From an uncultured delta proteobacterium (lineage in GTDB: Bacteria > Myxococcota_A > Polyangia > Haliangiales > Haliangiaceae): a stretch of DNA of 64,000 bases. Shown piece by piece: positions 1 to 10,843 of the stretch (position 1 is the first letter of the stretch; each line of letters begins with the position of its first letter). The translations under genes and the position numbers were made by a program. The notes below the pieces were generated by a model, which saw only the letters and a list, made by a program, of their open reading frames with translations, was not told where the DNA came from and did no database searches. Where the stretch lies: positions 320,001 to 384,000 of the forward strand of contig CAWKDB010000002.1 in assembly GCA_963848295.1 (NCBI GenBank), read 5' to 3'.

Positions 1-199
1 GCCATTTGGCGAAGCGTTCGTACGCTTCGGCAGCGTGGCGGTCGGTCTCGGGAAGGAGCTCGAGTGGAGCCGCGTGGCTCCAGAATAGCGCGCCGTCGGC
101 GGGGGGGCCATCCCCGCGGGCAACGTCGGTAGCGATCTCGACCAGCCGAGCGCGAGCTCGGTCCGCGAGCTCGCCCACGAGGATCGGTTGCCAGTCCAT
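1..199 (-). CDS. N-terminal fragment of a gene running off the window edge (MDWQPILVGELADRARARLVEIATDVA...); function uncertain, possibly LanC-like
   Basis: ATG at 199 lies 2 nt past the stop of the CoA-transferase B gene and the frame is open to the edge. The LanC-like resemblance is only an impression. Confidence 0.35.
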   Translation of the reverse strand, partial: MDWQPILVGELADRARARLVEIATDVARGDGPPADGALFWSHAAPLELLPETDRHAAEAYERFAKW

Positions 200-201
200 C
201 G

Positions 202-825
202 TCAACTCAGGGCCGCGCCGGTCGCCACCGCCGCCTGCTCGCGGCTGACGCCCGGCGCCAGCTCCACGATGCGGAACCCCTCGCCGGTCGGCTCGAACAC
301 GCCGAGGTCGGTGATGACGAGCGCGACGACGCCCGCCGCAGTCAGCGGATAGGTCGCAGCGCGCCACGAGCTTCGGCGCGCCGTTCTTCGCACGTGCTGC
401 ATCATCGCGATGACGCGCCGGCAGCCGCTCGCGAGATCCATCGCGCCGCCGATGCCCATGACCTTGCCGCCGGGCACCGCCCAGTTCGCGAGGTCACCGT
501 TCGCCGCGACCTGCATCGCGCCGAGGATCGCGAGGTCGACGTGACCGCCGCGGATCATCGCGAACGACGCGGCGGAGTCGAACGTCGAGCCGCCGGGCAA
601 CACCGTCACGGTCTGCTTGCCCGCGTTGATGAGGTTCGGATCTTCGTCGCCCTCGAACGGGAACGGCCCGGTGCCGAGCAAGCCGTTCTCGGAGTGCAAG
701 AACGCGTGGCCGGCCGGCAGGTAGTCGGCGACCTGCGTCGGCAGGCCGATGCCGAGGTTGACGATCGAGCCGGCGGCGATCTCCTTCGCCGCGCGCCGCG
801 CCATCGCTTCGGTGTCCCAGCTCAT
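202..825 (-). CDS. scoB: 3-oxoacid CoA-transferase subunit B (ScoB/PcaJ family)
   Basis: VNLGIGLPT, catalytic SENG, GGHVD, LGAMQV and GGAMDL motifs. An apparent compensating indel pair near 352-392 (alternate frame reads KNGAPKLVARC). Confidence 0.88.
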   Translation of the reverse strand: MSWDTEAMARRAAKEIAAGSIVNLGIGLPTQVADYLPAGHAFLHSENGLLGTGPFPFEGDEDPNLINAGKQTVTVLPGGSTFDSAASFAMIRGGHVDLAILGAMQVAANGDLANWAVPGGKVMGIGGAMDLASGCRRVIAMMQHVRRTARRSSWRAATYPLTAAGVVALVITDLGVFEPTGEGFRIVELAPGVSREQAAVATGAALS

Positions 826-1526
826 CGCTTCCTCACCGTACGAAACTCGAACGCGTTCTCGTGCTCGGGCACGTGGACGACCTTCGCGACATAGATCCCC
901 GCGAGGTGGACGTCATCGGGATCGATCGCGCCCGGCTCGACGAGCTCGTCGCACTCGACCAGCGCGAGCTTCGCGGCGGTCGCCATCACCGGGTTGAAGT
1001 TGCGCGCGGTCCGCCAGAAGCGCAGGTTGCCGAACCGGTCGGCCTTCGCCGCGCGCACGAGCGCGACATCGCCGTGGAGCGCGCGCTCGAGGAGATAGCG
1101 CTTGCCGTCGAGCTCCTTGACCTCTTTGCCCTGCTCGACGACGGTACCGACGCCGGTCGGCGTGTAGAACGCCGGGATGCCCGCGCCCGCGGCGCGCATC
1201 CTCTCGACGAGCGTGCCCTGCGGTACGACCTCGACCTCGACTTCGCCCGAGGCCATCCGCGTGTGCAGATCTTCGTTGCCGCCGATGTAGCTGCAGATGA
1301 CCTTGCGGACGATGCCGGCGCGCAACCAGGTCGCGAGACCCTTGCCGAGGTTGCCGGCGTTGTTCGAGACCAGCGTCAGGTGCTTCACCCCGCGCTCGAC
1401 CATGCCCTTGATCAGCGCTTCGGGGTTGCCCGACAAGCCGAAGCCGCCGACGAGGATCGTCATGCCATCTTGCACGGGCGCGAGCGCCTCGGCGACCGAG
1501 CGCACGACCTTGTCGTGATGGTTCAC
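822..1526 (-). CDS. scoA: 3-oxoacid CoA-transferase subunit A (ScoA/PcaI family)
   Basis: [44 protein letters not shown] and TARNFNP motifs. GTG at 1526 overlaps the upstream stop (GTGA). Confidence 0.9.
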   Translation of the reverse strand: MNHHDKVVRSVAEALAPVQDGMTILVGGFGLSGNPEALIKGMVERGVKHLTLVSNNAGNLGKGLATWLRAGIVRKVICSYIGGNEDLHTRMASGEVEVEVVPQGTLVERMRAAGAGIPAFYTPTGVGTVVEQGKEVKELDGKRYLLERALHGDVALVRAAKADRFGNLRFWRTARNFNPVMATAAKLALVECDELVEPGAIDPDDVHLAGIYVAKVVHVPEHENAFEFRTVRKR

Positions 1527-2797
1527 GCCGCGGCCCCGAACGCGCGCACCGCGGCGTCGCCGAACGATCGGATGCCGCCGACGAGCTCTTGCTCGGTGAT
1601 GCACAGCGGCGGTGCGAAGATCGCGGTCCCGCGCTTGGCGTCGACATGGAGCGAGAGCTTGCGCTGCGCGAGCTCGCCGGCGAGCACGCCCCACTCGATG
1701 CTCGGCGCCTCGATCTCGAGCGCGGCGAGCAGGCCCTGACCGCGCACGAACGTCACGGCCGTGACCCGCTGCTTGACGGCATCGAGCTCGCGGCGCAGCA
1801 CGGGCCCCAGGCGCTCGGCGTTCTCGAACAGCTTGTCGTCGCGATAGACGTTGAGGGTCTCGACCGCGGCGGCGCACGCGGTCGGATGCGCGTAGTACGT
1901 CAGTCCGCACGCGAGCACGCGCTCGTCGAAGTGCTCGGCGACGCGAGCGCTGACCAGCACCGCGCCGATCGCTTGATAGCCCGAGGCGAGGCCCTTCGCG
2001 ACCGTGATCAGATCGGGCGCCACGTTCCAGTGCTGGAACCCGAACGGCTTGCCGGTCCGGCCGAAGCCGGTGAGCACCTCGTCGGCGACGAGCAGCGCGC
2101 CTTCGCGATCGCACGCGGCACGGACGAGCGGCCAGTACTCCGGCGGCGGCACGAGCACGCCGTTCGCGCCCGGCACCGGCTCGAGGAACACCGCGGCGAT
2201 CGAGTGCGGGCCCTCGAGCTGCATCTGCGCGTCGATGTTCGTCGCGCACTCGCGCGCGCAGGTCGCGAGCTGCTTGCCGAACGGGCAGCGATCGCAGTAG
2301 CAGTCGGCGACATGGACGACGCCCGGGATGCCCGGCTCCATCGCCGCGCGCCGCCAGTCGCCGGTCAGCGACAACGCCCCCATCGACGCGCCGTGATAAC
2401 TGCGATAGCGCGCGATGTTCTTGAGCCGGCCGGTGACCGCGCGCGCGATCTTGAGCGCGTTCTCGTTCGCCTCGGCGCCGCCGAGCGTGAAGAACACCTT
2501 GCCGCGCGCGAAACCGGGGCCGGCCATCGCGAGCAGGCGTTCGGCGAGCTCGACCTTCGCCGGGAACACCGCGTTCGGAGCGGCGAGGCACAGCTCGTCG
2601 GCCTGGCGCTTGATCGCTTCGACGATGCGCTTACAGCCGTGGCCGGCGTTCACCTGGTAGCTGAGCGCGCCGAGATCGAGCCAGCGCTCGCCGCCTTTCG
2701 TCGTGAAGTGCGCGCCGTGACCGCCGGTGAGCTCGAGCGGCTTCGCGCCGTGCTGCGCCGACCACGTGAAGAAGAACGGATAGTCGCGGGTCGTCAT
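1523..2797 (-). CDS. Class III PLP-dependent aminotransferase (omega-amino acid:pyruvate type)
   Basis: [41 protein letters not shown] (catalytic Lys) and LTYYAHP. Confidence 0.9.
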   Translation of the reverse strand: MTTRDYPFFFTWSAQHGAKPLELTGGHGAHFTTKGGERWLDLGALSYQVNAGHGCKRIVEAIKRQADELCLAAPNAVFPAKVELAERLLAMAGPGFARGKVFFTLGGAEANENALKIARAVTGRLKNIARYRSYHGASMGALSLTGDWRRAAMEPGIPGVVHVADCYCDRCPFGKQLATCARECATNIDAQMQLEGPHSIAAVFLEPVPGANGVLVPPPEYWPLVRAACDREGALLVADEVLTGFGRTGKPFGFQHWNVAPDLITVAKGLASGYQAIGAVLVSARVAEHFDERVLACGLTYYAHPTACAAAVETLNVYRDDKLFENAERLGPVLRRELDAVKQRVTAVTFVRGQGLLAALEIEAPSIEWGVLAGELAQRKLSLHVDAKRGTAIFAPPLCITEQELVGGIRSFGDAAVRAFGAAA

Positions 2798-2800
2798 GAG

Positions 2801-3922
2801 TCAGAGCTTCCAGCGCACGGGCGAGACGTTGTGGATGAACCCCTGCTGCGCCCACAGCTCGCCCGAGGTCAAGTTCATCGCGATCGCGCCGCAGGTCGCC
2901 GCGCCGTGCGGGTCCTCCGGCGTCGACATGTTCGTGTTGATGCTGCGCGGCCAGCCGTCTTCGGAGCCGAGCCGGCGCCACGCATCGGCGAGATCCGCGA
3001 TCGGCGCGCGCGCGAGGTCGACCTCGAGCCAGTGCATGCGATCGTGCGTCGTGCTCGCGGGCGGGACCTTCGAGCGTGCGGCGACCTCGCGATCGAAGCA
3101 GTGGTTCGTGTGGCAATAGACCTTGAGGTCGCCGTTGAACACCTGCTTGCGCCGCGTTCCCGACGCCTCGATCGCGAACGCCGCGTTGCGGCCGCCGACG
3201 AAGTAGTGATGGCCCGAGCCGATCGGCGCGTGGGCGATCTCGTCGCGCGCTCCGGTCACCGTACGTTCGGCGAGCGCGCGGCGCACGACCGCGGGCCACA
3301 CCACGCCGAGCGTCGCGTCGGTCGAGTACAGGTTGTTGATCGCGATCGCCACGCGCGCGGCATTCATCCCGGCCATCCCGAGGCAGCCGGTCACGGTGAG
3401 CAGGCGCATCGCCGGCGCCTTCGCGGTCTCCGGCACGCCGAGCGTCATGACGTACGGGATCGCGGTCGCGTGCATGTCCCAGGTCTGCGCGAGGATGCGT
3501 CCGCTCGGCGTCTCGGCCCAGATGACACTGCATCCGTCGCCGCCAAGGGAATCCGAGCCCGAGCCCGAGCCCGAGCCCGATGCGTCGTCGTGCGTCTTCG
3601 CCCGCTTCCACTTCTTCTGATCCGGATCCAGATCCCGCAGATCGGTGTAGTGATTCGCGACGACGATCTCTTCGGGCGTCACCGCCGCACCCTCCGCGAT
3701 CCCGCACAGCTCGGCGTGCAAGTCGCGGTCGTAGCTCTCCAGCACCGGCAGGTGCGCCTTCGCCGCCGACAGCACCGCGGCAGCGTCTCCGAACCCGCCG
3801 ACCTTCGTGCACAGGTACACGCGGATCGCGGCGAGCGCCTTGATCTCGCCGCGGAAGCTCTCGCCGTGCAGCTGGCCCCACTCGCGTGGTGACTTGCCGG
3901 CTGGAAGATCGAGCGTCCTCAA
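2801..3922 (-). CDS. Peptidase C45 family Ntn-hydrolase / acyltransferase
   Basis: [10 protein letters not shown]-terminus, ELCGIAEGA, autocleavage site DG/CS, ILAQTWD, GMAGMN and HTNH. TTG start at 3922 overlaps the upstream stop. Confidence 0.8.
   Translation of the reverse strand: MRTLDLPAGKSPREWGQLHGESFRGEIKALAAIRVYLCTKVGGFGDAAAVLSAAKAHLPVLESYDRDLHAELCGIAEGAAVTPEEIVVANHYTDLRDLDPDQKKWKRAKTHDDASGSGSGSGSDSLGGDGCSVIWAETPSGRILAQTWDMHATAIPYVMTLGVPETAKAPAMRLLTVTGCLGMAGMNAARVAIAINNLYSTDATLGVVWPAVVRRALAERTVTGARDEIAHAPIGSGHHYFVGGRNAAFAIEASGTRRKQVFNGDLKVYCHTNHCFDREVAARSKVPPASTTHDRMHWLEVDLARAPIADLADAWRRLGSEDGWPRSINTNMSTPEDPHGAATCGAIAMNLTSGELWAQQGFIHNVSPVRWKL
3553..3580. repeat. (CCGAGC)4.7 tandem repeat encoding a Ser-Gly run just before the C45 autocleavage site
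   Basis: Directly visible in the sequence. Confidence 0.9.
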
Positions 3923-6900
3923 CGTGCGCCGCCTGCGCCGCCGATCGCCTCCGCGGCCTCGGCGATCCGATCGAGCGCGGGAATCACGCCGAGCTTGCCC
4001 GCGGGGAACCGCCGCACCGCGATGCCGCGATCGCCGAGCGCATCCGCGACTTCGTCGGCGCGGTCGCCGGCATCGATCACGCGATACGCGCCGAGCCCGG
4101 CGAACGGCACGCCGAGCCCGGTCAACGCGCGATCGAGCGCCGCGGCGCCGCCCGCGATGTCGAGCCGCCGCGCCGCTCGCGCGTGATGATGCTGCCGGAC
4201 GAGCGACAGCTCGTCGCCATCCCACGTCGACACGAGCGTCAGCGGACCCGGGACGTACCACTTCGCCGAGGTGTGCAGGTAGCCGGTCTGCGCCCCGCCC
4301 CACCACGTCAGCACGTCGGGGACGAGGCCCACGGCGCTCGACAAGAACGGGCCCTTGCCGGAGCGATACGTGTGGGTCGTGGTCTCGACCGCGATCAGCG
4401 GCAGCTCGAGCTCGGTGCGCAGCGCGCCGAGCTCGGCGATGAAGTCGGCGGGTAGCACGTGCCCGGTGCGCTCTTGCACGAGCTCGTACACGAAGCCGAG
4501 CACCCCCGCCGGGCCGCCCGCCTTGCCGACCGCGACGCGCAGCGCTGCGATCGTCGCTTGCGTGCCTGCGATCGCCGGATGCGGCACGCGCGGCCACGCG
4601 AAGTGACCCGGACCACCGCGATGCACCGCCGGATCCGAAAGCGATCGCGTGCTGCCGACGGTGTGCCCGTAGTAGCCACCGTCGAGCCCGATCGCGACGG
4701 CCGCGGTCTTGCGCGTACTGCGGACGAGCCGGAGCGCCTTGTCGATGCTCTCGTCGCGGCTCGACGTCAGGTACATGTGCGGCAGCTCGGGCACGAGCGC
4801 CGACAGCCACTCGATCGCGCGCACCGCGGCGGGTGTCGTGTAGTTCATCAGCGTGAGCTTGTTGACCGCCGGCCCATACAGCGAGCCATCGCGCTCGAGG
4901 CTGCGCAGGCTCGCCGGTCCGTCGGCGAACGGCTTGGTCAGCCCTTGCGCGAGATCGATCGCCGCCGCCGGCTCGCTGCGAGCGACGCGCCGCTTGCGGA
5001 CGTCCTCGGCGACCGCGAGATCCGGTGCGAGTGGTCCGAGCGGAATCCGGTAGTAGATGGCCTGACCCTCCGGGTCCTCGTACTGGCCGGTCAGGATCGA
5101 AACCACGTGCGCGCCGAACACGCGGTTGAGGTGCGTCATCTCCGCGGTGCGGCCGACGCGATTGCGCCCGCTGACGTAGCCATAGCGCGGCGAGCCATCG
5201 GGCCGCTTCGCCGCGGCCGCGTCACGCAACTGGTGCTCCTTGAGCTTGCGGCCGATGCCCGATCCCTGGTGGCTCGGCGCGACCGTGATCGACACCGAGT
5301 ACATCGTGTTGTGCTTGCCGAGCATCGGATCGTCGTCGCATCCTTCGACATCGTCGCTCTGCTCGAGCGGGCCGCCGATCGCGAACGCGACGAGCTGCGG
5401 GGTGCCGGACGGCCCGGGCGCCTCCGCGATCACGAGCGAGCCATCGACCCCTTCGATCGCCGCGCGGATCTCGGCCGGCGGCGTGCGGCGCGCCGGCTCG
5501 TAGACCTGGTACTCGATGTCGAGGATCGCCGGTAAAAAGCTCATCGCCTCCGAGTGCGGGACGCGGCGATACGTGACGTTCGGCGGCGGCGCCGGCGCGG
5601 CGCCGGGCGCCGGCGGGTTCTCCCAGGACGGCGGCTTCTGACCTTCGTGCGCGTCGAGCCACGACAGCGACCGGCGGATCGTCTCGAACAACAGCTCGAT
5701 CTCGCGCGCGAGATACGAATCGCTCAGCCGATAGCGCGCGGTCCGCGAGCCGGCCGCAAACACGACCGCGCCGCGCCAGAACCTTTGGCCGATGAACGCA
5801 TCGAGTTGCGCCGGGGTGGGCAGATCGAACGCGAACGCATAGCCGGCGCCGCGCGGATGCTGGACGAGATGCGGATACGCTCGCGCGAGCTGCGCGAGCC
5901 GCGGCGCGACGAGCTTCTCGAGCCGCTCGGCGTTGTGCCCGGTCGACACCATGTCGGCGTGGATCCGGCCGCGCACCAGCGACGCGGCATGAACACTCGC
6001 CGGCTCCGGATCGGCGAACCGCGACATCACGACGCCGACCTGCGCGCGCTTCGCGAACGTCACCGCGTCGGGATAGTCTTGCTGGCCGCGCGCGGAGAGC
6101 AGCCGGAACTTCGAGTGCCACGCGAACGGCCCGCCGAGCCCGAAGCCGACCTGGACCTCGTCGAACAACAGCGAGGTCTTGTGGTAGCGCGTGAGCAGGC
6201 GCAGCGCGCGAAAGAACCGCTCGGTCGCGTAGCGATCGCCGCCTTCGGATTGCATCGGCTCGACGATCGTCGCGAAGTAGGCGCCGGTCGCGAGCGCGGC
6301 ATCGACCGCGGCGAGCGAGGCGACCTCGGCGGCGAGCAACGCGTCGTCCTTCGCGTCGCCGAATCGCTCGCGGAGATCGGCGATGTCGCCGGTGGCGGCG
6401 GCGGCGTAGTAACCGCTCGGCGCGGACGGCTCGTCGTCAGACGGCGTGTTCCACACCGGGAACGGCGCGAACGTCGCCTCGTAGCCCTCGAGCTCGAACG
6501 CGGCGCGCTTGCTCGGCGAGTGGGTCGCGTGCACCGCGAGCAGCGTGCGGCCGTGGAAGCTGCCGTCGAACGCGAGCATCTTCGTCGCATCCGGCCGTTC
6601 GCAGTTGATCCGGGCGAGCGCGAGCGCCTTCTCGTTGGCCTCGGCGCCGGACGCGACGAACGTGACGTGCGGCAAGCCCGGCACGAGCTGGCGCAGCGCG
6701 TTCGCGTAGTCGATCTCGGCCCAGGTCTCGCCCGCGGCGGTATCGGGGTTCGCGACGAGCGTGTCGCCGAACTCGCCCTCGGTGAACGCGCGCACGACCG
6801 GATCCTCGGCGAAGCCACCGACCACCGTCGCGGTCTGGCTCATCCCGTCGAGCACCGCGAGCGGCTCGCGATCGATCGACACCATCCACGGTCCGGCCGA

Positions 6901-8571
6901 GCGCAGGTGATCGAACACCGGCGGCTTCTTCTCTTTCGGCACGCGATCGCCGGCATAGAGCCGCGCGAGGTACGCCTCGGACTCCGGCAGCTTGCCGCCG
7001 GCCGGGCGATGCAGCGCCATCGGTCGCGGCAGCTCGACGAGCATGCGCGCCGCGTCGGCCGCTTCTTCGCCCGCGTGCTGCGCCTCAAGCCGATCGAGAT
7101 CGACGGGCGGCAGCAACGCGGCGAGCTGCGGGTGCGGCGTCACCGCGCCGAGCACGTTCTCGAGCACCGCGACCGGCGCGACGACGTTGCGATGGGCCCA
7201 CGCCCCTGCCGGGCGATGGTTGCCGCTCTTGCCGAGGCCGCCGAACGGCAGCCGCGGGCTCGCGAGGTTCGTCGAGCGGTTGCGATTCAAGATGCCGCTG
7301 TTCGTCCGCGCGAAGAACTGCTCGAACCGAGGCGTCGACGCGGTGAACACCGCGTTCGCGAACCCGTACGGCGACGCATCGATCACCGCGATCGCTTCGT
7401 CGTCGGTGTCGAACACCTCGACGCACAGATCCGGGCCGAACACCTCGACATCGGTGTAGCCGGCGACGTGGTGGACGCCATCGGGCATGCGATGCAACGA
7501 CGGCGAGTGGTAATAGCCGCCCGGCAACTTGCTGCCGGCGACGATCGCATCGGCGCCCGCCTTCTTCGCGATCTCGAGTGCCGCTTGCAGCTTGTGCAGC
7601 GCGCCGATCGTCGCGACCGGGCCGGCGAACACCGACGGATCCTCGGGATCGCCGAACTTCAAGCCGCGCACGACCTTCGCCAGCGCATCGATGAACCGAT
7701 CGGCGATCTTGCGATGCACGAGCACGCGATCGGTGCCGGTGCAGCGCTGGCCCGCGGACAAGTAGCCGCCGACCGCGACCTCGTGCACCGCCTGGCGCAG
7801 CGCGCAGTCGTCGAGCACGACGCACATGTTCTTGCCGCCCATCTCGAGCGCGACCAGCAGCTCGGGGCGATCGAGCGAGGCTTCGAGGATGCGGCGGCCG
7901 ACCGGCCAGCTGCCGGTGAAGCACAACCCGCGGAGCAGCGGATGAGCGACCATCGCCGCGCCGACCTCGCCCGCGCCGACGACGACGTTGAGCACGCCGG
8001 GCGGCAGCTTCGCGGCGAGCGCCGCCTCAGCGTAGCGCTGGCCGCACAGCGGCGAGATGTCCGACGGCTTCATCACGACCGTGTTCCCGGCGTAGAGCGC
8101 GGGGATCACGTGCGCGTGACACAGGTGGAGCGGGAAGTTGAACGGCCCGATCACGCCGACGACGCCGAGCGCCTGGTAGCGCAACACCTCGCCGGGCGCG
8201 ACCGGACCTGGCTTCAAGTCGCTCGCGATCGCCGCCTTGACCAGGTCGAACCGGTTGAGCAGCGTCTGGATCTCGGTCTTGGCTTCCGCGCGGATCTTGC
8301 CGGTCTCGAGCACGATCGCATCCGCGAGCTCGGTCGCGCGACTCGCGATCGCGGCTTTGAATCGCTCGAGGTGAGCGAACCGTTCGGCGCTGGACAGCGC
8401 GGCCCATGCCGGTTGCGCCGCCGCGGCCGCCGCCGCCGCATCGCTCACCGCGGAGACCGTGTAGCCGGTCTCGAACACCACCGCGCCATCGGCCGCGGGG
8501 TTCTTCGACACGAGCGCGGTTCCAGAGGGCGGGACGAACCCCCCACCGATGAAGTTGCCCTTGGCCTGCAC
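3919..8571 (-). CDS. Multidomain fusion: AstD-like aldehyde dehydrogenase + lysine-6-aminotransferase-like class III domain + GNAT + degenerate second aminotransferase domain
   Basis: [48 protein letters not shown]1: [64 protein letters not shown]2: [21 protein letters not shown]. Probable start GTG 8571. Confidence 0.85.
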   Translation of the reverse strand: MQAKGNFIGGGFVPPSGTALVSKNPAADGAVVFETGYTVSAVSDAAAAAAAAQPAWAALSSAERFAHLERFKAAIASRATELADAIVLETGKIRAEAKTEIQTLLNRFDLVKAAIASDLKPGPVAPGEVLRYQALGVVGVIGPFNFPLHLCHAHVIPALYAGNTVVMKPSDISPLCGQRYAEAALAAKLPPGVLNVVVGAGEVGAAMVAHPLLRGLCFTGSWPVGRRILEASLDRPELLVALEMGGKNMCVVLDDCALRQAVHEVAVGGYLSAGQRCTGTDRVLVHRKIADRFIDALAKVVRGLKFGDPEDPSVFAGPVATIGALHKLQAALEIAKKAGADAIVAGSKLPGGYYHSPSLHRMPDGVHHVAGYTDVEVFGPDLCVEVFDTDDEAIAVIDASPYGFANAVFTASTPRFEQFFARTNSGILNRNRSTNLASPRLPFGGLGKSGNHRPAGAWAHRNVVAPVAVLENVLGAVTPHPQLAALLPPVDLDRLEAQHAGEEAADAARMLVELPRPMALHRPAGGKLPESEAYLARLYAGDRVPKEKKPPVFDHLRSAGPWMVSIDREPLAVLDGMSQTATVVGGFAEDPVVRAFTEGEFGDTLVANPDTAAGETWAEIDYANALRQLVPGLPHVTFVASGAEANEKALALARINCERPDATKMLAFDGSFHGRTLLAVHATHSPSKRAAFELEGYEATFAPFPVWNTPSDDEPSAPSGYYAAAATGDIADLRERFGDAKDDALLAAEVASLAAVDAALATGAYFATIVEPMQSEGGDRYATERFFRALRLLTRYHKTSLLFDEVQVGFGLGGPFAWHSKFRLLSARGQQDYPDAVTFAKRAQVGVVMSRFADPEPASVHAASLVRGRIHADMVSTGHNAERLEKLVAPRLAQLARAYPHLVQHPRGAGYAFAFDLPTPAQLDAFIGQRFWRGAVVFAAGSRTARYRLSDSYLAREIELLFETIRRSLSWLDAHEGQKPPSWENPPAPGAAPAPPPNVTYRRVPHSEAMSFLPAILDIEYQVYEPARRTPPAEIRAAIEGVDGSLVIAEAPGPSGTPQLVAFAIGGPLEQSDDVEGCDDDPMLGKHNTMYSVSITVAPSHQGSGIGRKLKEHQLRDAAAAKRPDGSPRYGYVSGRNRVGRTAEMTHLNRVFGAHVVSILTGQYEDPEGQAIYYRIPLGPLAPDLAVAEDVRKRRVARSEPAAAIDLAQGLTKPFADGPASLRSLERDGSLYGPAVNKLTLMNYTTPAAVRAIEWLSALVPELPHMYLTSSRDESIDKALRLVRSTRKTAAVAIGLDGGYYGHTVGSTRSLSDPAVHRGGPGHFAWPRVPHPAIAGTQATIAALRVAVGKAGGPAGVLGFVYELVQERTGHVLPADFIAELGALRTELELPLIAVETTTHTYRSGKGPFLSSAVGLVPDVLTWWGGAQTGYLHTSAKWYVPGPLTLVSTWDGDELSLVRQHHHARAARRLDIAGGAAALDRALTGLGVPFAGLGAYRVIDAGDRADEVADALGDRGIAVRRFPAGKLGVIPALDRIAEAAEAIGGAGGAR

Positions 8572-8735
8572 GCGGCTACTAGACCACAAAAGCAAGAGAA
8601 CTCAACGATATCAGCAGCCTCGGCGCCTACTAATTCCCACGCGCACCGATTCCCGAACGAGGTTGCTGAGTTGCGTTGGGAACTGCCGGTCGGACGTCAG
8701 ATCGCCATGGTGTGATCGACGCAAGATGCTCTGCC

Positions 8736-9059
8736 ATGAACGACGACAACCTCGATGAGTTGATCGAAAACCTGCTCGCCCGTACGCCCAGTTACGAAGT
8801 CCGGATCGACAAGAAAATCGATCCTGGCGTCGCGACCGGAGACGCTCACGAGGCCGCAAGCGCGGTCGCGCAAGCGCGGCTCGAAAGCCTGAGCCGCGGC
8901 GATCGCGTCGTGCACGTGATCACGAATGGGCGCGAAACCTTCAGCGACACGGTCAATCGTTCGCAGGTCAACGCACTCATCGCCTCGGGTGCGATCCATG
9001 ACGAAGCAAGCGCGCTCGCGGCGTTCGCGGAGGCGGACGCGCCGGCCGCTCGCGGCTAG
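8736..9059 (+). CDS. Hypothetical protein (~107 aa)
   Basis: Plausible globular composition from ATG 8736 (MNDDNLDELIENLL); divergent from the fusion operon. Confidence 0.55.
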   Translation: MNDDNLDELIENLLARTPSYEVRIDKKIDPGVATGDAHEAASAVAQARLESLSRGDRVVHVITNGRETFSDTVNRSQVNALIASGAIHDEASALAAFAEADAPAARG

Positions 9060-9075
9060 GCCTTCACCGTTTCGT

Positions 9076-9621
9076 TCACTGGTCCGCCGGTTTCGCGTCC
9101 TCAGCCGGCCTTGGCACCGTTGGGGCTTTCACAAGGTGAATACCCCGGCCCGTGATCGTGGCGCACACGCGATCGGGACCTTTGCCCTCGGTGACGACGT
9201 GCGTAAGCAGGATCGTATCCACCGTGCTTGGAAGACCGCCGTCCGCCGCGGTGGGAAGACCGCTGAGGTCGAGTCGAGAAATCGCGTCGGTCGCGGCCGC
9301 GGCTATTGCTTGGCGCGTAAGCTCGTCCGCCGATAGTTTCGCGAGGTCAGTCATACCCACCCAGTAGGTGGTTGGTGTCAGGCGATTGACGCACGCCTTC
9401 CCGACGCCTGAGTCGAGAAGCTCGAAGTCAAGAGCGCCAACCATCGCGGGCTGATTGCCGGGCTGCATGCTGACGAGCAAACTCGACCCGTCGATCGCCG
9501 CTCGCTCAGGCGCTGCGCAGCCGACGAACGCCAGACAGACAACGGTCCCCTTCACCGTCCGAGCTTCACCCTCGTTGGCACCTAAGGCAACAGCTGGCGC
9601 ACGCAGCTTGACCGCGGTCAT
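9076..9621 (-). CDS. Hypothetical exported protein or lipoprotein (true start may be near 9555)
   Basis: Lipobox-like VCLAFVGC; lies in a visibly less GC-rich stretch next to the transposase. Confidence 0.5.
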   Translation of the reverse strand: MTAVKLRAPAVALGANEGEARTVKGTVVCLAFVGCAAPERAAIDGSSLLVSMQPGNQPAMVGALDFELLDSGVGKACVNRLTPTTYWVGMTDLAKLSADELTRQAIAAAATDAISRLDLSGLPTAADGGLPSTVDTILLTHVVTEGKGPDRVCATITGRGIHLVKAPTVPRPAEDAKPADQ

Positions 9622-9919
9622 GGCGGGCGCGACGCTTGGCGCCTACGCGCCCGACGGGTATCGCGATAGGGATGTTGACGAGTACAACATTCGAATGGCC
9701 CTTCGTGCCCTGCTCGAAGGTAACGCTGGTGCGTTCCTCCCACTGTCAGGGAGTTCCGTGGGCTCGCGGTCGAGCCTGTCAGGAACGTCCGTGGATCAAG
9801 ACGTAAGGGACGTATCAGGTCTGGACCCATGGTGTGCGAGGACGCGCCCGTTGCAGCCAATCATGAACTTACGTATATCTGCTGAATCAATTGAATCGTC
9901 GGTTGCTACGTTCCGAGGC

Positions 9920-10669
9920 GTGAGGTCGTCTTCGCGTAATCGCCAGCTCGAGCTTCCGCGGCTCGATAAGAACCAGCAGCGTCGCGGCGGGAAGCGACGA
10001 GGCGCCGGCCACAAGCCGAAGGGCTTCCGCGCCGGCGTCACGCACGCGAAGCGCGCCGAGCTCGATCCAAGCAAGCCCCTCCACATCACGCTGCGCGTGG
10101 TCGCGGCGGTCGCCGCCTTGCGGTCGGAGAAGGCCTATCGTGCGATTCGCCGCGCGCTGGTCGTCACAGCGTTCAACCAACTCGGGCTGCGGATCTGCCA
10201 CTTCAGCGTCCAGCGGAACCACGTCCACTTGATCTGCGAGGCCGACAACAACGCCGGGCTCACGCGCGGCATGCAGAGCTTCAAGATCTCTACGGCAAAG
10301 CAGCTCAATCGCGAGCTGCGGCGTCGTGGCACCGTGTTCGCCGACCGCTACCATGTCGAGATCCTCGCCACCCCGACGCAAGCGAGCCACGCGATCAGCT
10401 ACGTGCTCAACAACTGGCGCAAGCACGGCGAGCACCGCAACACCGCCGGGCTCTACCGCGGCCGCATCGATCCGTTTTCGAGCGGCGCACAGTTCTACGG
10501 CTGGTCCATGCCGCGCTGGCGCACCAGCCTCTATCCAAGAGGGTACGAACGTGCCGCGATCGCGGCGCCCCTCACATGGCTGCTTGGGGTCGGCTACTTG
10601 CGCGGCAGGCCGATCAGCGTCTTCTCGGTGCCCTCCACGCGAGCCACGCGATTGGTGTCGAAGAGTTGA
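9920..10669 (+). mobile_element. HUH/Y1 tyrosine transposase (IS200/RAYT-like)
   Basis: PLHITLR, HUH motif NHVHLICE, VFADRYH, and catalytic-Tyr helix YVLNNWRKH. GTG 9920 has TACGTT 7 nt upstream. No tnpB nearby. Confidence 0.8.
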
Positions 10670-10843
10670 GACGAACCATGAGCGCGGAGTAGCTCCGTTT
10701 GGTCCTCGGCTCGGACGATGCCGCCCCCAAGCAGTCGGCTTGCACAGTGGTCCAGTAGCGCACGCGCTCGCAAAGCCGGTCCGAGGCATTTGGGGACGCG
10801 CCGCGGCGAGAGTGCAAAAAACTGTGGTAACAAGCGAGCCTAG

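Noticed and set aside
2801..8571. Beta-lactam biosynthesis cluster (LAT-like domain plus a C45 isopenicillin-N acyltransferase-like gene)
   Set aside because: No ACV synthetase NRPS or isopenicillin N synthase is present in the window, and both families are widespread outside beta-lactam pathways.
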